Under the pieces are notes generated by a model. It ran no database searches. It worked only from the letters and a program-made list of their open reading frames with translations, and was not told the DNA's origin. Of a stretch of 64,000 nt of DNA, positions 29,147 to 38,025 are shown piece after piece. Within the stretch, counting starts at the first letter, position 1, and each line of letters begins with the position of its first letter. The DNA comes from a virus: IMG/VR virus record IMGVR_UViG_3300035557_000069, one strand, 5' to 3'. The position numbers were made by a program, and so were the translations under genes.

Positions 29147-29923
29147 TTAACAGCGTTTGTCTTCGTATTCCATCTTTGCTATGATGTATTCTTTTACCCT
29201 TTGGCTTCGTACTATATCATCAACGTCAAACTCAACCTTGAAATTCCCTTCCATACGGTGAGTGATATCAAAGAACTGTTTAAGTCCTGATTTGTCGTTG
29301 TTCTTTGTTAAGTCTGTTTGTCTATAGTCACCACACCAAACAATCTTGGAGTTATCACCCACACGGGTCATGACCGTATCAAGTTCTTGGAAGTTCATAT
29401 TCTGGCATTCGTCCACAATGATAATCGTGTCATTGAATGAGGTGCCACGCATAAAGGATGTGGACATAAATTCCACTTGTCCTTGCTCTTCCAGACGTTG
29501 CCAAGCATCGGACCTATCAAAGAGCATTTCACAGATTTGTTGATACGGTTGCTTGAAGATACTCATTTTTTCGTCGGCGTGACCTGGTAGAAATCCCATG
29601 TCTCTTGACTGAACAGACGACCTAACAACGACAACCTTGCGGAAACTATTGCTTCGGTCTAATACTTCTTCCAGTGCTTTGTAAAGAGCGCAAAAGGTCT
29701 TACCAGTGCCGGCGACACCATGGAGCGTGATAAAGTCATATCCTTGACGATAAGCGTCAAAGAACGTTTTTTGATTTTGTGTGAGTGGTGAAAACGTTTT
29801 AAGTTGGTCTATCTTTAGGACCTTAGGTTGTTTAGGTACAGCAAAAAGTTGTGCCTTTTGCTTCTTTGGTTGTTCGTTGATATCAAATACGTTTTGCTTC
29901 TTTGCCTGTTTATTTCTGGCCAT
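29147..29923 (-). CDS. phoH: PhoH-like ATPase, 258 aa.
   Basis: Walker A GVAGTGKT. IIVDECQN and GDYRQTD are typical PhoH motifs. Confidence 0.85.
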   Translation of the reverse strand: MARNKQAKKQNVFDINEQPKKQKAQLFAVPKQPKVLKIDQLKTFSPLTQNQKTFFDAYRQGYDFITLHGVAGTGKTFCALYKALEEVLDRSNSFRKVVVVRSSVQSRDMGFLPGHADEKMSIFKQPYQQICEMLFDRSDAWQRLEEQGQVEFMSTSFMRGTSFNDTIIIVDECQNMNFQELDTVMTRVGDNSKIVWCGDYRQTDLTKNNDKSGLKQFFDITHRMEGNFKVEFDVDDIVRSQRVKEYIIAKMEYEDKRC

Positions 29924-29953
29924 TAACTAATCCTTTACGGAGATTAGTTGCGC

Positions 29954-30418
29954 TTAAAAAAGCACCTCGCACAATATAGTAATCGGGGTAATGATTATCT
30001 GAAACGCTATAATCAGACTCACTAAACCCCAAGGCCATTGCCAGATACGCCAAATGCCGTATACCCAACTGCCCGTTGGCATTACATATAGATTATGATT
30101 ATTCATTATGTGCGCAACATAGACATAGATACCGATTGGTATCGCGGTTAAGATAGCAGTAAGAATAACAACTATTCCGTCAATTTGTGTGAAGTTGAGC
30201 GCAACCAGCCACTTCAAGATATAGAAGTATAAGACTGGATAGAAACCATACACAAAGAAATCCATTAAGTCAAAAAGAATGCCGTTACTCTCGACAATTT
30301 CAAGTCCTTTGACCTCACCTCTTTCTTTTGCAATCTGGGAGTCAACGCGGCCATCGATGTATTGCTTGGCCAAGTATCCCGCTAGTAATGTCTTCGCATC
30401 GATTTTCATAGTAATCAC
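29954..30418 (-). CDS. Polytopic membrane protein with ~4 TM helices, 154 aa.
   Basis: Hydrophobic segments FFVYGFYPVLYFYILKWLVAL, IVVILTAILTAIPIGIYVYVA and GLVSLIIAFQIIITPITIL. Confidence 0.45.
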   Translation of the reverse strand: MITMKIDAKTLLAGYLAKQYIDGRVDSQIAKERGEVKGLEIVESNGILFDLMDFFVYGFYPVLYFYILKWLVALNFTQIDGIVVILTAILTAIPIGIYVYVAHIMNNHNLYVMPTGSWVYGIWRIWQWPWGLVSLIIAFQIIITPITILCEVLF

Positions 30419-30657
30419 CTTATCTGTTTCTTCAATCCCTCGCCGCCGGGAGTACGTTCAGCGATGGAATGAAGCACATCACGAAAGCCACTGTCGATTT
30501 TCTTTACACCTAGGCGAACGGGATCGCCAACAGCGGGAGCCTCGACACATATTTCCAATTCTGGATGGTCTTTTTTGAAGGGGGCTAACTCCGCAATTTT
30601 CATGCGGAGTTCAGTCAGTTCGCCAGTTTCAATATTCTTAAACATGTAGGTAGGCAT
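30415..30657 (-). CDS. Hypothetical protein, 80 aa.
   Basis: ORF track. Start overlaps the upstream stop. Confidence 0.4.
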   Translation of the reverse strand: MPTYMFKNIETGELTELRMKIAELAPFKKDHPELEICVEAPAVGDPVRLGVKKIDSGFRDVLHSIAERTPGGEGLKKQIR

Positions 30658-30680
30658 AATGTTCCTTGAGATCAGTTCTA

Positions 30681-31037
30681 TTATTTAGCTTTCCGACCCG
30701 CTAAGGACTTCTGATGATTGAGCAGGCGCAACGCATTCTTACGCTCACGGTTCTCCTTGGCAGCGTCAATATACTTCTGCTGTACTTCCGCGGGGATACG
30801 GTCACGAAGCTTGACCTTGGGACGAACCTTGCGGAGTGCTTTGCGAAGAAACGCCTGCCCTGACCCCGGACCGTTGATGGCTTCCACATACTCCATCATC
30901 TGGGCGAGTGCCGTGATATCTTCGTCATTATCATAGACGTTCTTCAACTCAACTTCGCCTGTGGTGATACCAGCCTCGGCAAGTTCTTGGGCCAGCACCT
31001 CATCCGTTGTTACGATTTTCATTTCTTGGTCTTGCAT
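30681..31037 (-). CDS. Hypothetical protein, 118 aa.
   Basis: ORF track. Confidence 0.4.
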   Translation of the reverse strand: MQDQEMKIVTTDEVLAQELAEAGITTGEVELKNVYDNDEDITALAQMMEYVEAINGPGSGQAFLRKALRKVRPKVKLRDRIPAEVQQKYIDAAKENRERKNALRLLNHQKSLAGRKAK

Positions 31038-31406
31038 TTAAGCCTCCAAATCATCGGGGTGAATGTTAAAAACCTTGGGAACCAATACCTTCAAAAGTTT
31101 TCTTACTTCTGAAAGTTTTTCTTCAAGAGCAATAATCCTTGCTTGTTCATCGGTGATACCAAGAGCATACTTGTTGTTAGCTGCCTCATATGCATCATCA
31201 GTGACATACGAAAGTTCACCGAAACCACTAAGACTGTAACCAATCAACTGGGCAAACTGAATGCGGTCTTCCTGTGGAAAATCAACAACAGCCAAATCGT
31301 TCAAGTCGATGTTTCCGTGGTCCAAAAGATACTGAACCAGCTTGTTCCCCTTGAAGCGAATCGTCCCAACGTCCGTGAGATAGAGGGGCTGAATTGGTTG
31401 CATCAC
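31038..31406 (-). CDS. Hypothetical protein, 122 aa.
   Basis: ORF track. Confidence 0.4.
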   Translation of the reverse strand: MMQPIQPLYLTDVGTIRFKGNKLVQYLLDHGNIDLNDLAVVDFPQEDRIQFAQLIGYSLSGFGELSYVTDDAYEAANNKYALGITDEQARIIALEEKLSEVRKLLKVLVPKVFNIHPDDLEA

Positions 31407-31906
31407 TTCACTCCTGTACTGTTATAGGCACCAGTGCCGCGTTCTGTTTCATTAAGTTCTTCGACCATCTGGAAATCAGCGTGAAATACCATGGTGAAAA
31501 CACCTTGGGCAATCCTCTCGCCTGGCTCAAAGAATACTGGCTTATGTGAGAAGTTATACACGATAACACCCACCTCACCACGATAGCCACTATCAACAGT
31601 GCCGGGACTATTAGCGACGATGAAACCCTTCTTTAGGGCAGAACCCGACCGGGTACGAACTTGCATCTCCCAACCAGTGGGCACAGCCACTTTGATGCCC
31701 GTGGGAATAACAGCGACACCACCCGCCGCAATAATCCACTTGTCATAACCAGCAAGTTTCATATCAGCGGGCAATTCGGCTGCCCTCAAGTCATAACCCG
31801 AGTCACCCGGCATAGCAAGTTCAAGAGGATTCCCAACATAGTTGTCAAGATAAACAATCTTAACGGGAAGTCTGTTTGGATACATTATATCTCCTTGGGT
31901 GGACAA
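31403..31906 (-). CDS. dut: dUTP diphosphatase (trimeric dUTPase), 167 aa.
   Basis: Motifs AGYDKW/GDSGYDL, GTVDSGYRGE and RIAQG match dUTPase motifs 1-4. Confidence 0.8.
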   Translation of the reverse strand: MSTQGDIMYPNRLPVKIVYLDNYVGNPLELAMPGDSGYDLRAAELPADMKLAGYDKWIIAAGGVAVIPTGIKVAVPTGWEMQVRTRSGSALKKGFIVANSPGTVDSGYRGEVGVIVYNFSHKPVFFEPGERIAQGVFTMVFHADFQMVEELNETERGTGAYNSTGVK

Positions 31907-32247
31907 ACAATCCTCAGAATGGCAGAGAGTTGTTCTGGTTTAAATGGTTTTTGGAGCCAAGCAGAAGCACCACACGTTTTCGCTTGTTCTTTGCCAACTG
32001 TTGTTAACATCAGAATTGGTGTGAATCTATAACCAGGTGTTTTTCTTAGTTCCTGGCAGAGAGTACAACCATCCATATTCGGCATGTTTAAATCAGTAAT
32101 AATGAGGTCAAACTTGTGTTCTTTGGCAAGACGTAGCGCCATGACACCATCACTTGCTTCCATGACTTTATAGCGCATCTCTGTTAGAGTCATATTTATA
32201 ACGCTTCTAACTGTAGCAGAATCATCAACAACTAAAACCAATTTCAT
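31885..32247 (-). CDS. Stand-alone CheY-like response-regulator receiver (REC) domain protein, 120 aa.
   Basis: All phospho-acceptor pocket residues are present: VVDDS (D12/D13), IITDLNMP (D57), LMLTT (T87), LQKPF (K109). Confidence 0.75.
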   Translation of the reverse strand: MKLVLVVDDSATVRSVINMTLTEMRYKVMEASDGVMALRLAKEHKFDLIITDLNMPNMDGCTLCQELRKTPGYRFTPILMLTTVGKEQAKTCGASAWLQKPFKPEQLSAILRIVCPPKEI

Positions 32248-33560
32248 TTCTTTACTCGTTTGAATGGAATGTTGTCGATGGAGTCAGCTTCGTCTTTATC
32301 AAACCTACGACCAAGAAAGCGCGGAAGATAGAGAGACCATTTAGCATCATTCGTCTTGGCTTTAATTCTCTCGTTGTACGCGACTTCAACGATTGACCCT
32401 TTCCACTCAGAGAAAGGAATGTCTCGGTCTTTATCAGAGAGTCCCGAACCAACAGAGACTTCAACTAAACCATCAGAAGAGACACACTCAAGGGAACCGA
32501 TTTTGCCGGCATACTTACCAGTACCCTCAAGATAACCAACCACTTGGAGATCGCAGGTGATGACGCCCTTGTACTTGATTTGCGTCTTAGACCGCTTACC
32601 TTCCCAGACGTTTTTCTTGTCCTTGAGGATAGTGCCCTCTTCGCCACCTTCATACAACTCGGTGAAGTGCTTGTAGGCTTCTCGCTCGTTGTTTACAATC
32701 TTCGTGTTAACGATAGAGAAATTATAACGTTTGTTGGAGCATTTGTCAACCAACAATCTTAGACGATCCTCATAGGGTGTGGCGCAATAACCCGCGTTCC
32801 AGTCGGCAATCGGAATGATATCGAAGATGATGAAGTGAACCCGTTTAGCGACTTCATAGGGCAGAGTGCCGTGAATGGCTTTGTTGATTAGACCATTTCC
32901 CTTCTTACGGTCCATCAGCTTACCATCGCCTTCAACGACTACCAGTTCCCCATCCAACACATAGTCAGTACCAAAGTCATCAGCAAGACCAGCGTTAAAC
33001 ATATCGTGAAGGTCAAACGGTCGTCCATTCGAGGAGTGGAGTACAAACGCCCCGTTAATCGGGATTGCCTGACACCTCGACCCATCAACCTTGGTCTGAC
33101 TGTATGCGGGGAATGTGATATTCTTAATACTCTTTTCGTCATAAGCAGTCGCCTTCATAACAGGAAACTCGGGAATGAGGTTGGGCCAAATCTCATTGAC
33201 AGTAGACTCGGCCACACCACACTTCGGATCCTTAGCAATGATACGCTTGATAAGTTCACCTGTATCTTCACTTGCTATATTGAGGATGGTGTTCAAGTAA
33301 TTAATTGCGGCAGTACCAGTGACTTGCCGAGTGGACAAAGCACCCAACATATTCATGGCATCATAATCTGTTAGAGTTGATACCGGATTATACAGATACT
33401 TCGGTATCTTTTTGATGTAGAAGTTGGTGAACGGATCCAGTGCCAGCTTGAAGAACAGTTTGAGTTCCTCGTTCATACCATATCGACCGAGAATAAGTTT
33501 CTTCTCATTACGGCTGGCAGTAGCGGCAAGTTCATTCAGAATGTCAAGGTTTGTTTTCAT
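32244..33560 (-). CDS. ATP-dependent DNA ligase (T4 gp30-like), ~438 aa from the Met at 33560.
   Basis: Adenylation motif TKVDGSRC (KxDG). From the internal Met, the N-terminus MKTNLDILNELAATASRNEKKLIL parallels the T4 ligase start MILKILNEIASIGSTKQKQAIL. The track ORF extends 38 codons further upstream, which is probably not used. Confidence 0.8.
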   Translation of the reverse strand: MKTNLDILNELAATASRNEKKLILGRYGMNEELKLFFKLALDPFTNFYIKKIPKYLYNPVSTLTDYDAMNMLGALSTRQVTGTAAINYLNTILNIASEDTGELIKRIIAKDPKCGVAESTVNEIWPNLIPEFPVMKATAYDEKSIKNITFPAYSQTKVDGSRCQAIPINGAFVLHSSNGRPFDLHDMFNAGLADDFGTDYVLDGELVVVEGDGKLMDRKKGNGLINKAIHGTLPYEVAKRVHFIIFDIIPIADWNAGYCATPYEDRLRLLVDKCSNKRYNFSIVNTKIVNNEREAYKHFTELYEGGEEGTILKDKKNVWEGKRSKTQIKYKGVITCDLQVVGYLEGTGKYAGKIGSLECVSSDGLVEVSVGSGLSDKDRDIPFSEWKGSIVEVAYNERIKAKTNDAKWSLYLPRFLGRRFDKDEADSIDNIPFKRVKK

Positions 33561-34008
33561 ACCAAACAGGCCTTTCACGATTTTTCCAAGTAGCGATATG
33601 CCGCTTGGCACCATTATAATAGTTGCGATAGGATTGAACAGCGTCTTGTGTCTTGTATTCGTCGGGCATTGCAAGGGCGAACGGAGTTAACCCACTGTCT
33701 GAAATGCGTGGCAACGGTAGATTGGCCGCGACCACAAACGACTTGTGAACTTTACCGTACCTGTAATTATACTCTGTTTGTAACTCACTTGTCAAGTCAC
33801 GAAGATAAAGCCAGTTAGATAGGGAAGCACGACACCATTTGGCGCAGGGGTGATTTTGGTGAGTCACCCGATATCCTTCGTTGATGCCGGATAGGCGAAC
33901 GGTGGTAGACAGAAGTTGCGCGTACTCCGTAATCATCTTGACCACATGCTTATCAAGATGGGCTTGAGCGCACAACGTTTTGTCCTCGTCAAGGAGAAAG
34001 ATGTTCAA
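33544..34008 (-). CDS. Possible pyrimidine-dimer DNA glycosylase (T4 endonuclease V/DenV-like), 154 aa.
   Basis: The N-terminal MNIFLLDEDKTLCAQAHLDKH and the C-terminal TWKNRERPVWYEN loosely parallel T4 DenV (MTRINLTLVSELADQHL ... AQRPTWYKYYG) as I recall it. Confidence 0.35.
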   Translation of the reverse strand: MNIFLLDEDKTLCAQAHLDKHVVKMITEYAQLLSTTVRLSGINEGYRVTHQNHPCAKWCRASLSNWLYLRDLTSELQTEYNYRYGKVHKSFVVAANLPLPRISDSGLTPFALAMPDEYKTQDAVQSYRNYYNGAKRHIATWKNRERPVWYENKP

Positions 34009-34286
34009 AAGTGCCTCTTATAGACATGGAAGACCAGACCACAGTCAAGGAAGAATGTACCGAAGTACTCTCGACTCACACCCATATCATACACGATTTC
34101 CTGCCCCGTGGCAAATATTTCAAAGTAACGGGGAACAGTTTTCTCTTCCGGGTCGATTTCTGCCCACAGATAGGCCTTGTTCCCTTGAGCATGAACAGTC
34201 AAGAGATTAGCAAATTGCGGAAGGTCGATTTTGCAGAGGTTGGTGTTACCCTCAGGCTTCAAGTGATACTTATAGATCACACTCAT
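34005..34286 (-). CDS. Hypothetical protein, 93 aa.
   Basis: ORF track. Confidence 0.4.
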   Translation of the reverse strand: MSVIYKYHLKPEGNTNLCKIDLPQFANLLTVHAQGNKAYLWAEIDPEEKTVPRYFEIFATGQEIVYDMGVSREYFGTFFLDCGLVFHVYKRHF

Positions 34287-34397
34287 AATTTACCTCACCT
34301 GGGACCGGTAGTACCTTCCCAGTTGCGAAGGTCGAAGTAAGCAATAACGGCACTCAAGATGAAGATGCCAACAAACCACCAAATCATTTTTATCTCC

Positions 34398-34607
34398 TTA
34401 AGCCACGATGTTGAAGTGGAAGTGGATGCCGTTCGAGGCAGCATCAGCACCGACGAAAATCGGGAAGCAACGACCCTCTTTCGTCCAAGCAGTGAAGAAA
34501 CGAACGTGACCCGTCACCTCGAAGTTGAGAGCCTTAGCAACAGCCTTCAACATATTCGCTTCGTTGGCGTAGGTCTTGGTGGGCGTCACTTCAACATGAT
34601 TCAACAT
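34398..34607 (-). CDS. Hypothetical small protein, 69 aa.
   Basis: AGGAGG SD. Directly downstream of a PeSL-type promoter. Confidence 0.45.
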   Translation of the reverse strand: MLNHVEVTPTKTYANEANMLKAVAKALNFEVTGHVRFFTAWTKEGRCFPIFVGADAASNGIHFHFNIVA

Positions 34608-34675
34608 TAGAAAGCCTCCTGGTTAGTGTTTCTCAATTACAGATACACTATACAAGAGGCTGAGGTTAATGTCAA
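34608..34675 (-). promoter_or_regulatory. Early promoter cassette of the PeSL-like family: -35 TTGACA (34670-34675), N17, -10 TATAGT (34647-34652).
   Basis: Minus strand reads TTGACAttaacctcagcctcttgTATAGTgtatctgtaattgagaaacactaaccAGGAGGctttctaATG. Confidence 0.6.
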
Positions 34676-34694
34676 CAGAAAAAAGAGAGGGGCG

Positions 34695-35138
34695 TTACTT
34701 TTTCTCCCACCAAAAATCAATCCACTCGGAGTTTAACCGCTTGTCGATTTTTCGGCCGAAGAAATCCACGGGTACATGATTTCCTTGATTGTATACACAA
34801 CAGACAATATCCACTTGGTCGCGAGTGCATTCCCATTGCTCTAGAACCTCTTCAACGGTCTTACCAGTGTCAACATACTCGCAGACAAGCAGGATTTTCG
34901 CGCCAGCTTTAATCACGGCTTTAAGTGCTTCGTTATGCTCACGTAACTTTTCTTGATGACACCAATAGAGCAGGGTGGGTCTAGAGTGACGACCACAAAG
35001 CTTATGAGATAGAATGATAGAGGGGACACATCCACCCTTAACCAATCCAACAATGCGGTCATACTTCTTACCACATGCCCTAATCTCCCAAGCGATACGT
35101 TCTATATCCTCGGAGAAATCTTGAAAAGTGTATTCCAT
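34695..35138 (-). CDS. Type I phosphoribosyltransferase, HPRT-like PRPP-binding motif, 147 aa.
   Basis: ILLVCEYVDTGKTV matches the PRPP-binding loop (VLIVEDIIDTGKT). Confidence 0.5.
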   Translation of the reverse strand: MEYTFQDFSEDIERIAWEIRACGKKYDRIVGLVKGGCVPSIILSHKLCGRHSRPTLLYWCHQEKLREHNEALKAVIKAGAKILLVCEYVDTGKTVEEVLEQWECTRDQVDIVCCVYNQGNHVPVDFFGRKIDKRLNSEWIDFWWEKK

Positions 35139-35154
35139 GGTCAGCCTTAAAACA

Positions 35155-35436
35155 TTATTTTCTTGTGCTGTACATATTATTTAGGAACTTTTCAGTCTGT
35201 GAAATATAACGTTGTTGATCCTCAGTGAGAGGTGGATTGCTGGCTTTCAAGCGAGTCAAACAAAACAAGGCACCGTTCATCTGCTGAAACACGAAGTTTG
35301 TGCCGTTGTCGCGAAACTGGTTGAATCTTTTCAACAGAACACCATCAGGAACACCCGCTGTAGCAAGTTTCAGGATAGTCTGCTCCGCGTTGTATTCTGG
35401 TTTCTTTGTGTTAAAATCAAACGACAGTTGTTCCAT
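35155..35436 (-). CDS. Hypothetical protein, 93 aa.
   Basis: ORF track. Confidence 0.4.
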   Translation of the reverse strand: MEQLSFDFNTKKPEYNAEQTILKLATAGVPDGVLLKRFNQFRDNGTNFVFQQMNGALFCLTRLKASNPPLTEDQQRYISQTEKFLNNMYSTRK

Positions 35437-35723
35437 TATAGCTCCTCCAAGGCGTTATCAAACCATTCATTTTCGTCATAGAGGGCAATCCTCTTCTCCT
35501 GCATTGTGACTTCACCAAAGAACTTGCGGGGATTACCACACATACAACATTTGGAACTACCACAGTTCAAGGCATGCCGCTTGGCAAGACGATGGGGTTC
35601 TTCAACGATACTGGGTCGACCGTTGTAGATGTACAGAAGTTTCTTGGCGATACCAAGCTGTTTACGAATGTGATTCTTCTTTTGTCTGATCCGCGACTGG
35701 CGTTTCCGTTTCTCCGTGAACAT
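35436..35723 (-). CDS. Hypothetical basic protein with a CCMCG motif, 95 aa. Overlaps the next ORF by 62 nt.
   Basis: ORF track. One of the two overlapping ORFs may have a shorter real extent. Confidence 0.3.
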   Translation of the reverse strand: MFTEKRKRQSRIRQKKNHIRKQLGIAKKLLYIYNGRPSIVEEPHRLAKRHALNCGSSKCCMCGNPRKFFGEVTMQEKRIALYDENEWFDNALEEL

Positions 35724-35955
35724 CGACCTCTCCTTGGTAGTTTACTCCTGCGATCCGAACACAACCATATTGGGCCTGACTGTCAAAACATTTATGAGTG
35801 AAAAACTTGGTCTTTCCACCGTTGAAAATCGACCAGGCGCCCTTTTCGGAACTAGCGTGATAGCGACTTAATAACTTAACGGGTTCAACAAGGACCAACA
35901 AACCACAAGCTGAACACTTCCATTGGACTTGATACTTATAAAATCTCTCAGCCAT
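35662..35955 (-). CDS. Cys-containing hypothetical protein, 97 aa.
   Basis: ORF track. Contains CSACG and a few further Cys. Confidence 0.35.
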   Translation of the reverse strand: MAERFYKYQVQWKCSACGLLVLVEPVKLLSRYHASSEKGAWSIFNGGKTKFFTHKCFDSQAQYGCVRIAGVNYQGEVDVHGETETPVADQTKEESHS

Positions 35956-36673
35956 GCACCACCCCCGTTGACTCTATATCAAAGATTTCTTGGATTGCTT
36001 GCGCTATTGCAACAGCAAGTTCTCTGTGTTCCTGTTGTGTTCCTTCGTCCGTTCTAACATCAATGTAGTGAATGAATGAACGAATTGTTCCCTGCACATA
36101 CAGGCGGCTGGGTGTACAACCCTCGGGTAGAACGCACCTTGCTTGCTCTTTTGCAATCCCGTTATCAAGTGCCCACTGATACACTTGTTTGGCATGTTCA
36201 ATCAGGGCTTTCTGTCTGTCAATGAAACGGGATTGAATACTAACGTGGTCTAGATTACAGGGGTCAAGTGGGACACTCTTCTGCCTGTTCTTGGGGTCCT
36301 GCATTCGTGCTTCGCGAATAACGAACTCCATTTGTGTTGGGTCCGCATATCGCTGGCTGAACTCTTGAAAGGTGAATGACCTGTGCCTCAAGAGTTGTCT
36401 GGCAATGTCTCTCGTTGTTTCAATCTCAACAGTGATTGAACACATTTCAAAAGGAGAGAAGTGTTTATGTTTTAATAGATAATCTATTAGTTTTTCTGAT
36501 GTATCTTTGTTGAGTTGATTTGTTGGATTGCTAATTCTAGCGCAATACGCTATAAGTTCTTTTATGGACTGTATGCCCGTTTTCTCAAAGAACTCTTCGA
36601 TGGGTTGTGAGTAACAGACCAACGATGCCCGCATGTTTTCATACCTTTCAAAGTTGTATGGATCCATACACAT
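35948..36673 (-). CDS. thyX: Flavin-dependent thymidylate synthase ThyX, 241 aa.
   Basis: ThyX signature RHRSFTFQEFSQRY (RHR-x7-S-x-RY). Confidence 0.85.
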   Translation of the reverse strand: MCMDPYNFERYENMRASLVCYSQPIEEFFEKTGIQSIKELIAYCARISNPTNQLNKDTSEKLIDYLLKHKHFSPFEMCSITVEIETTRDIARQLLRHRSFTFQEFSQRYADPTQMEFVIREARMQDPKNRQKSVPLDPCNLDHVSIQSRFIDRQKALIEHAKQVYQWALDNGIAKEQARCVLPEGCTPSRLYVQGTIRSFIHYIDVRTDEGTQQEHRELAVAIAQAIQEIFDIESTGVVHG

Positions 36674-36703
36674 TTTTTACGGATCCATACAATTATTTGT
36701 ACA

Positions 36704-36937
36704 TTACTCCACGGGTGTAGTGGGAGTAACCTGCGGAATTGCCTGACCACGAATCTTACCAATGAGATCCGCGACACGCACATAAGGACCGGCTGCCAGC
36801 GCATCAAGCGCCAGGTTGACTTCATCAACAGTCAGAACAAGGGTGATTAGCTTTGGCTCAACGACTTCCTGAGTATTCTCTTCTTTTCCTTCTGTCATCT
36901 TCTTACCTTTCATGGTTACAACGTTATTTTTCTTCAT
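36704..36937 (-). CDS. Small protein translationally coupled to the radical-SAM gene, 77 aa. Possible partner, RRE-like (RiPP-recognition-element) or substrate.
   Basis: Overlaps the rSAM stop by 14 nt. Lys-rich N-terminus, then LITLVLTVDEVNLALDALAAGPYVRVADLIGKI. Confidence 0.4.
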   Translation of the reverse strand: MKKNNVVTMKGKKMTEGKEENTQEVVEPKLITLVLTVDEVNLALDALAAGPYVRVADLIGKIRGQAIPQVTPTTPVE

Positions 36938-37985
36938 CTGTTTTGATCCATTTCAGTTCTGCTGAGGATGTGGTTGTTATGTGTGAATCTCGAAAACCCG
37001 GCGGATACGTCTGTACTGCATACATCATAACTTGATTGTCCATCCACGGTGGTCTGATGTTATCACTTTGTTTTGGGAATGGTGTTTCAATCGGTTGTAG
37101 TCTCATTATCTTTTGAACCAGAGACGGGGATTGTTCAAAACACACACGATTGCAATGGTCCTTACAACACTTGGGTGTACCAAATCGCCAATCACGGAAA
37201 CCAGTCTCCCAGATTTGCCCCATGCTTTCCTTTAGGAGATTGCCTTGAACCGGCGCATCCGTCCAAGAAACCATAGACAGACAAGGAATAACATCGCCGT
37301 TGCAAAGAACACCCAGAGAAGACATTCCCGCGCCGCAGGCACCGCCGTTAAAGTTGTCAGCAACAATAACATCTTTGTATCCCTTCATGGCACTATTAAT
37401 CTTATCACACAACGTCTTGGTTGCATACTCGGATTCATAGATGGCGTTAGAGTTTTTGTCTTTGTACATGGTCAACTGAATCTGCCAAAGCAACCCCCTC
37501 TGCTGAACAACGTCAAAGATGGTTTCAAACATCCATAGATTTGTTTTGTTGAAGTTGGTGATGATGGTCGGGCGATACTTGGTATCCTTGAAGTACTTCG
37601 TATACAGTTCACACTCTCGTTCGGTGTTAATAGAGACGCCGATACCATCATAAAGGTCAAGAATGGCACCCCACTCGGATTCACCATAGGGCATAGAACC
37701 ATCGGTCTTAGGCAAAGACTGGGGATTAACCAAAATCTTCGACTTGATACCTTTACATTTGAAGATATCGGTAATTTCGTAGTGTGCTTTCCAAGGTACA
37801 AGCATAGGATCACCACCAGAAATATTCACCTCTTTGGGTGGATACTTAGCAATCGCTTGTGCAATCTCAGCATACTTTTCGGGATCACGCGACACTCTTA
37901 TTCCATGTTCCTTGGAACCACAATAGTCACAGTTGTTGGTGCATCGGTCGGTAATCTCCCAGATTACTTCATTCAGTCTAATCAT
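36924..37985 (-). CDS. Radical SAM enzyme with a C-terminal SPASM/twitch-type auxiliary Fe-S domain, 353 aa.
   Basis: CxxxCxxC cluster CTNNCDYC. Gly-rich SAM motif ISGGDP. C-terminal GGACGAGMSSLGVLCNGDVIPC ... CCKDHCNRVC matches the SPASM Cys pattern. Confidence 0.75.
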   Translation of the reverse strand: MIRLNEVIWEITDRCTNNCDYCGSKEHGIRVSRDPEKYAEIAQAIAKYPPKEVNISGGDPMLVPWKAHYEITDIFKCKGIKSKILVNPQSLPKTDGSMPYGESEWGAILDLYDGIGVSINTERECELYTKYFKDTKYRPTIITNFNKTNLWMFETIFDVVQQRGLLWQIQLTMYKDKNSNAIYESEYATKTLCDKINSAMKGYKDVIVADNFNGGACGAGMSSLGVLCNGDVIPCLSMVSWTDAPVQGNLLKESMGQIWETGFRDWRFGTPKCCKDHCNRVCFEQSPSLVQKIMRLQPIETPFPKQSDNIRPPWMDNQVMMYAVQTYPPGFRDSHITTTSSAELKWIKTDEEK

Positions 37986-38025
37986 TATTTTCTCCTTAGT
38001 TAAAACGGGGAAGTAGCCCAGTTAA

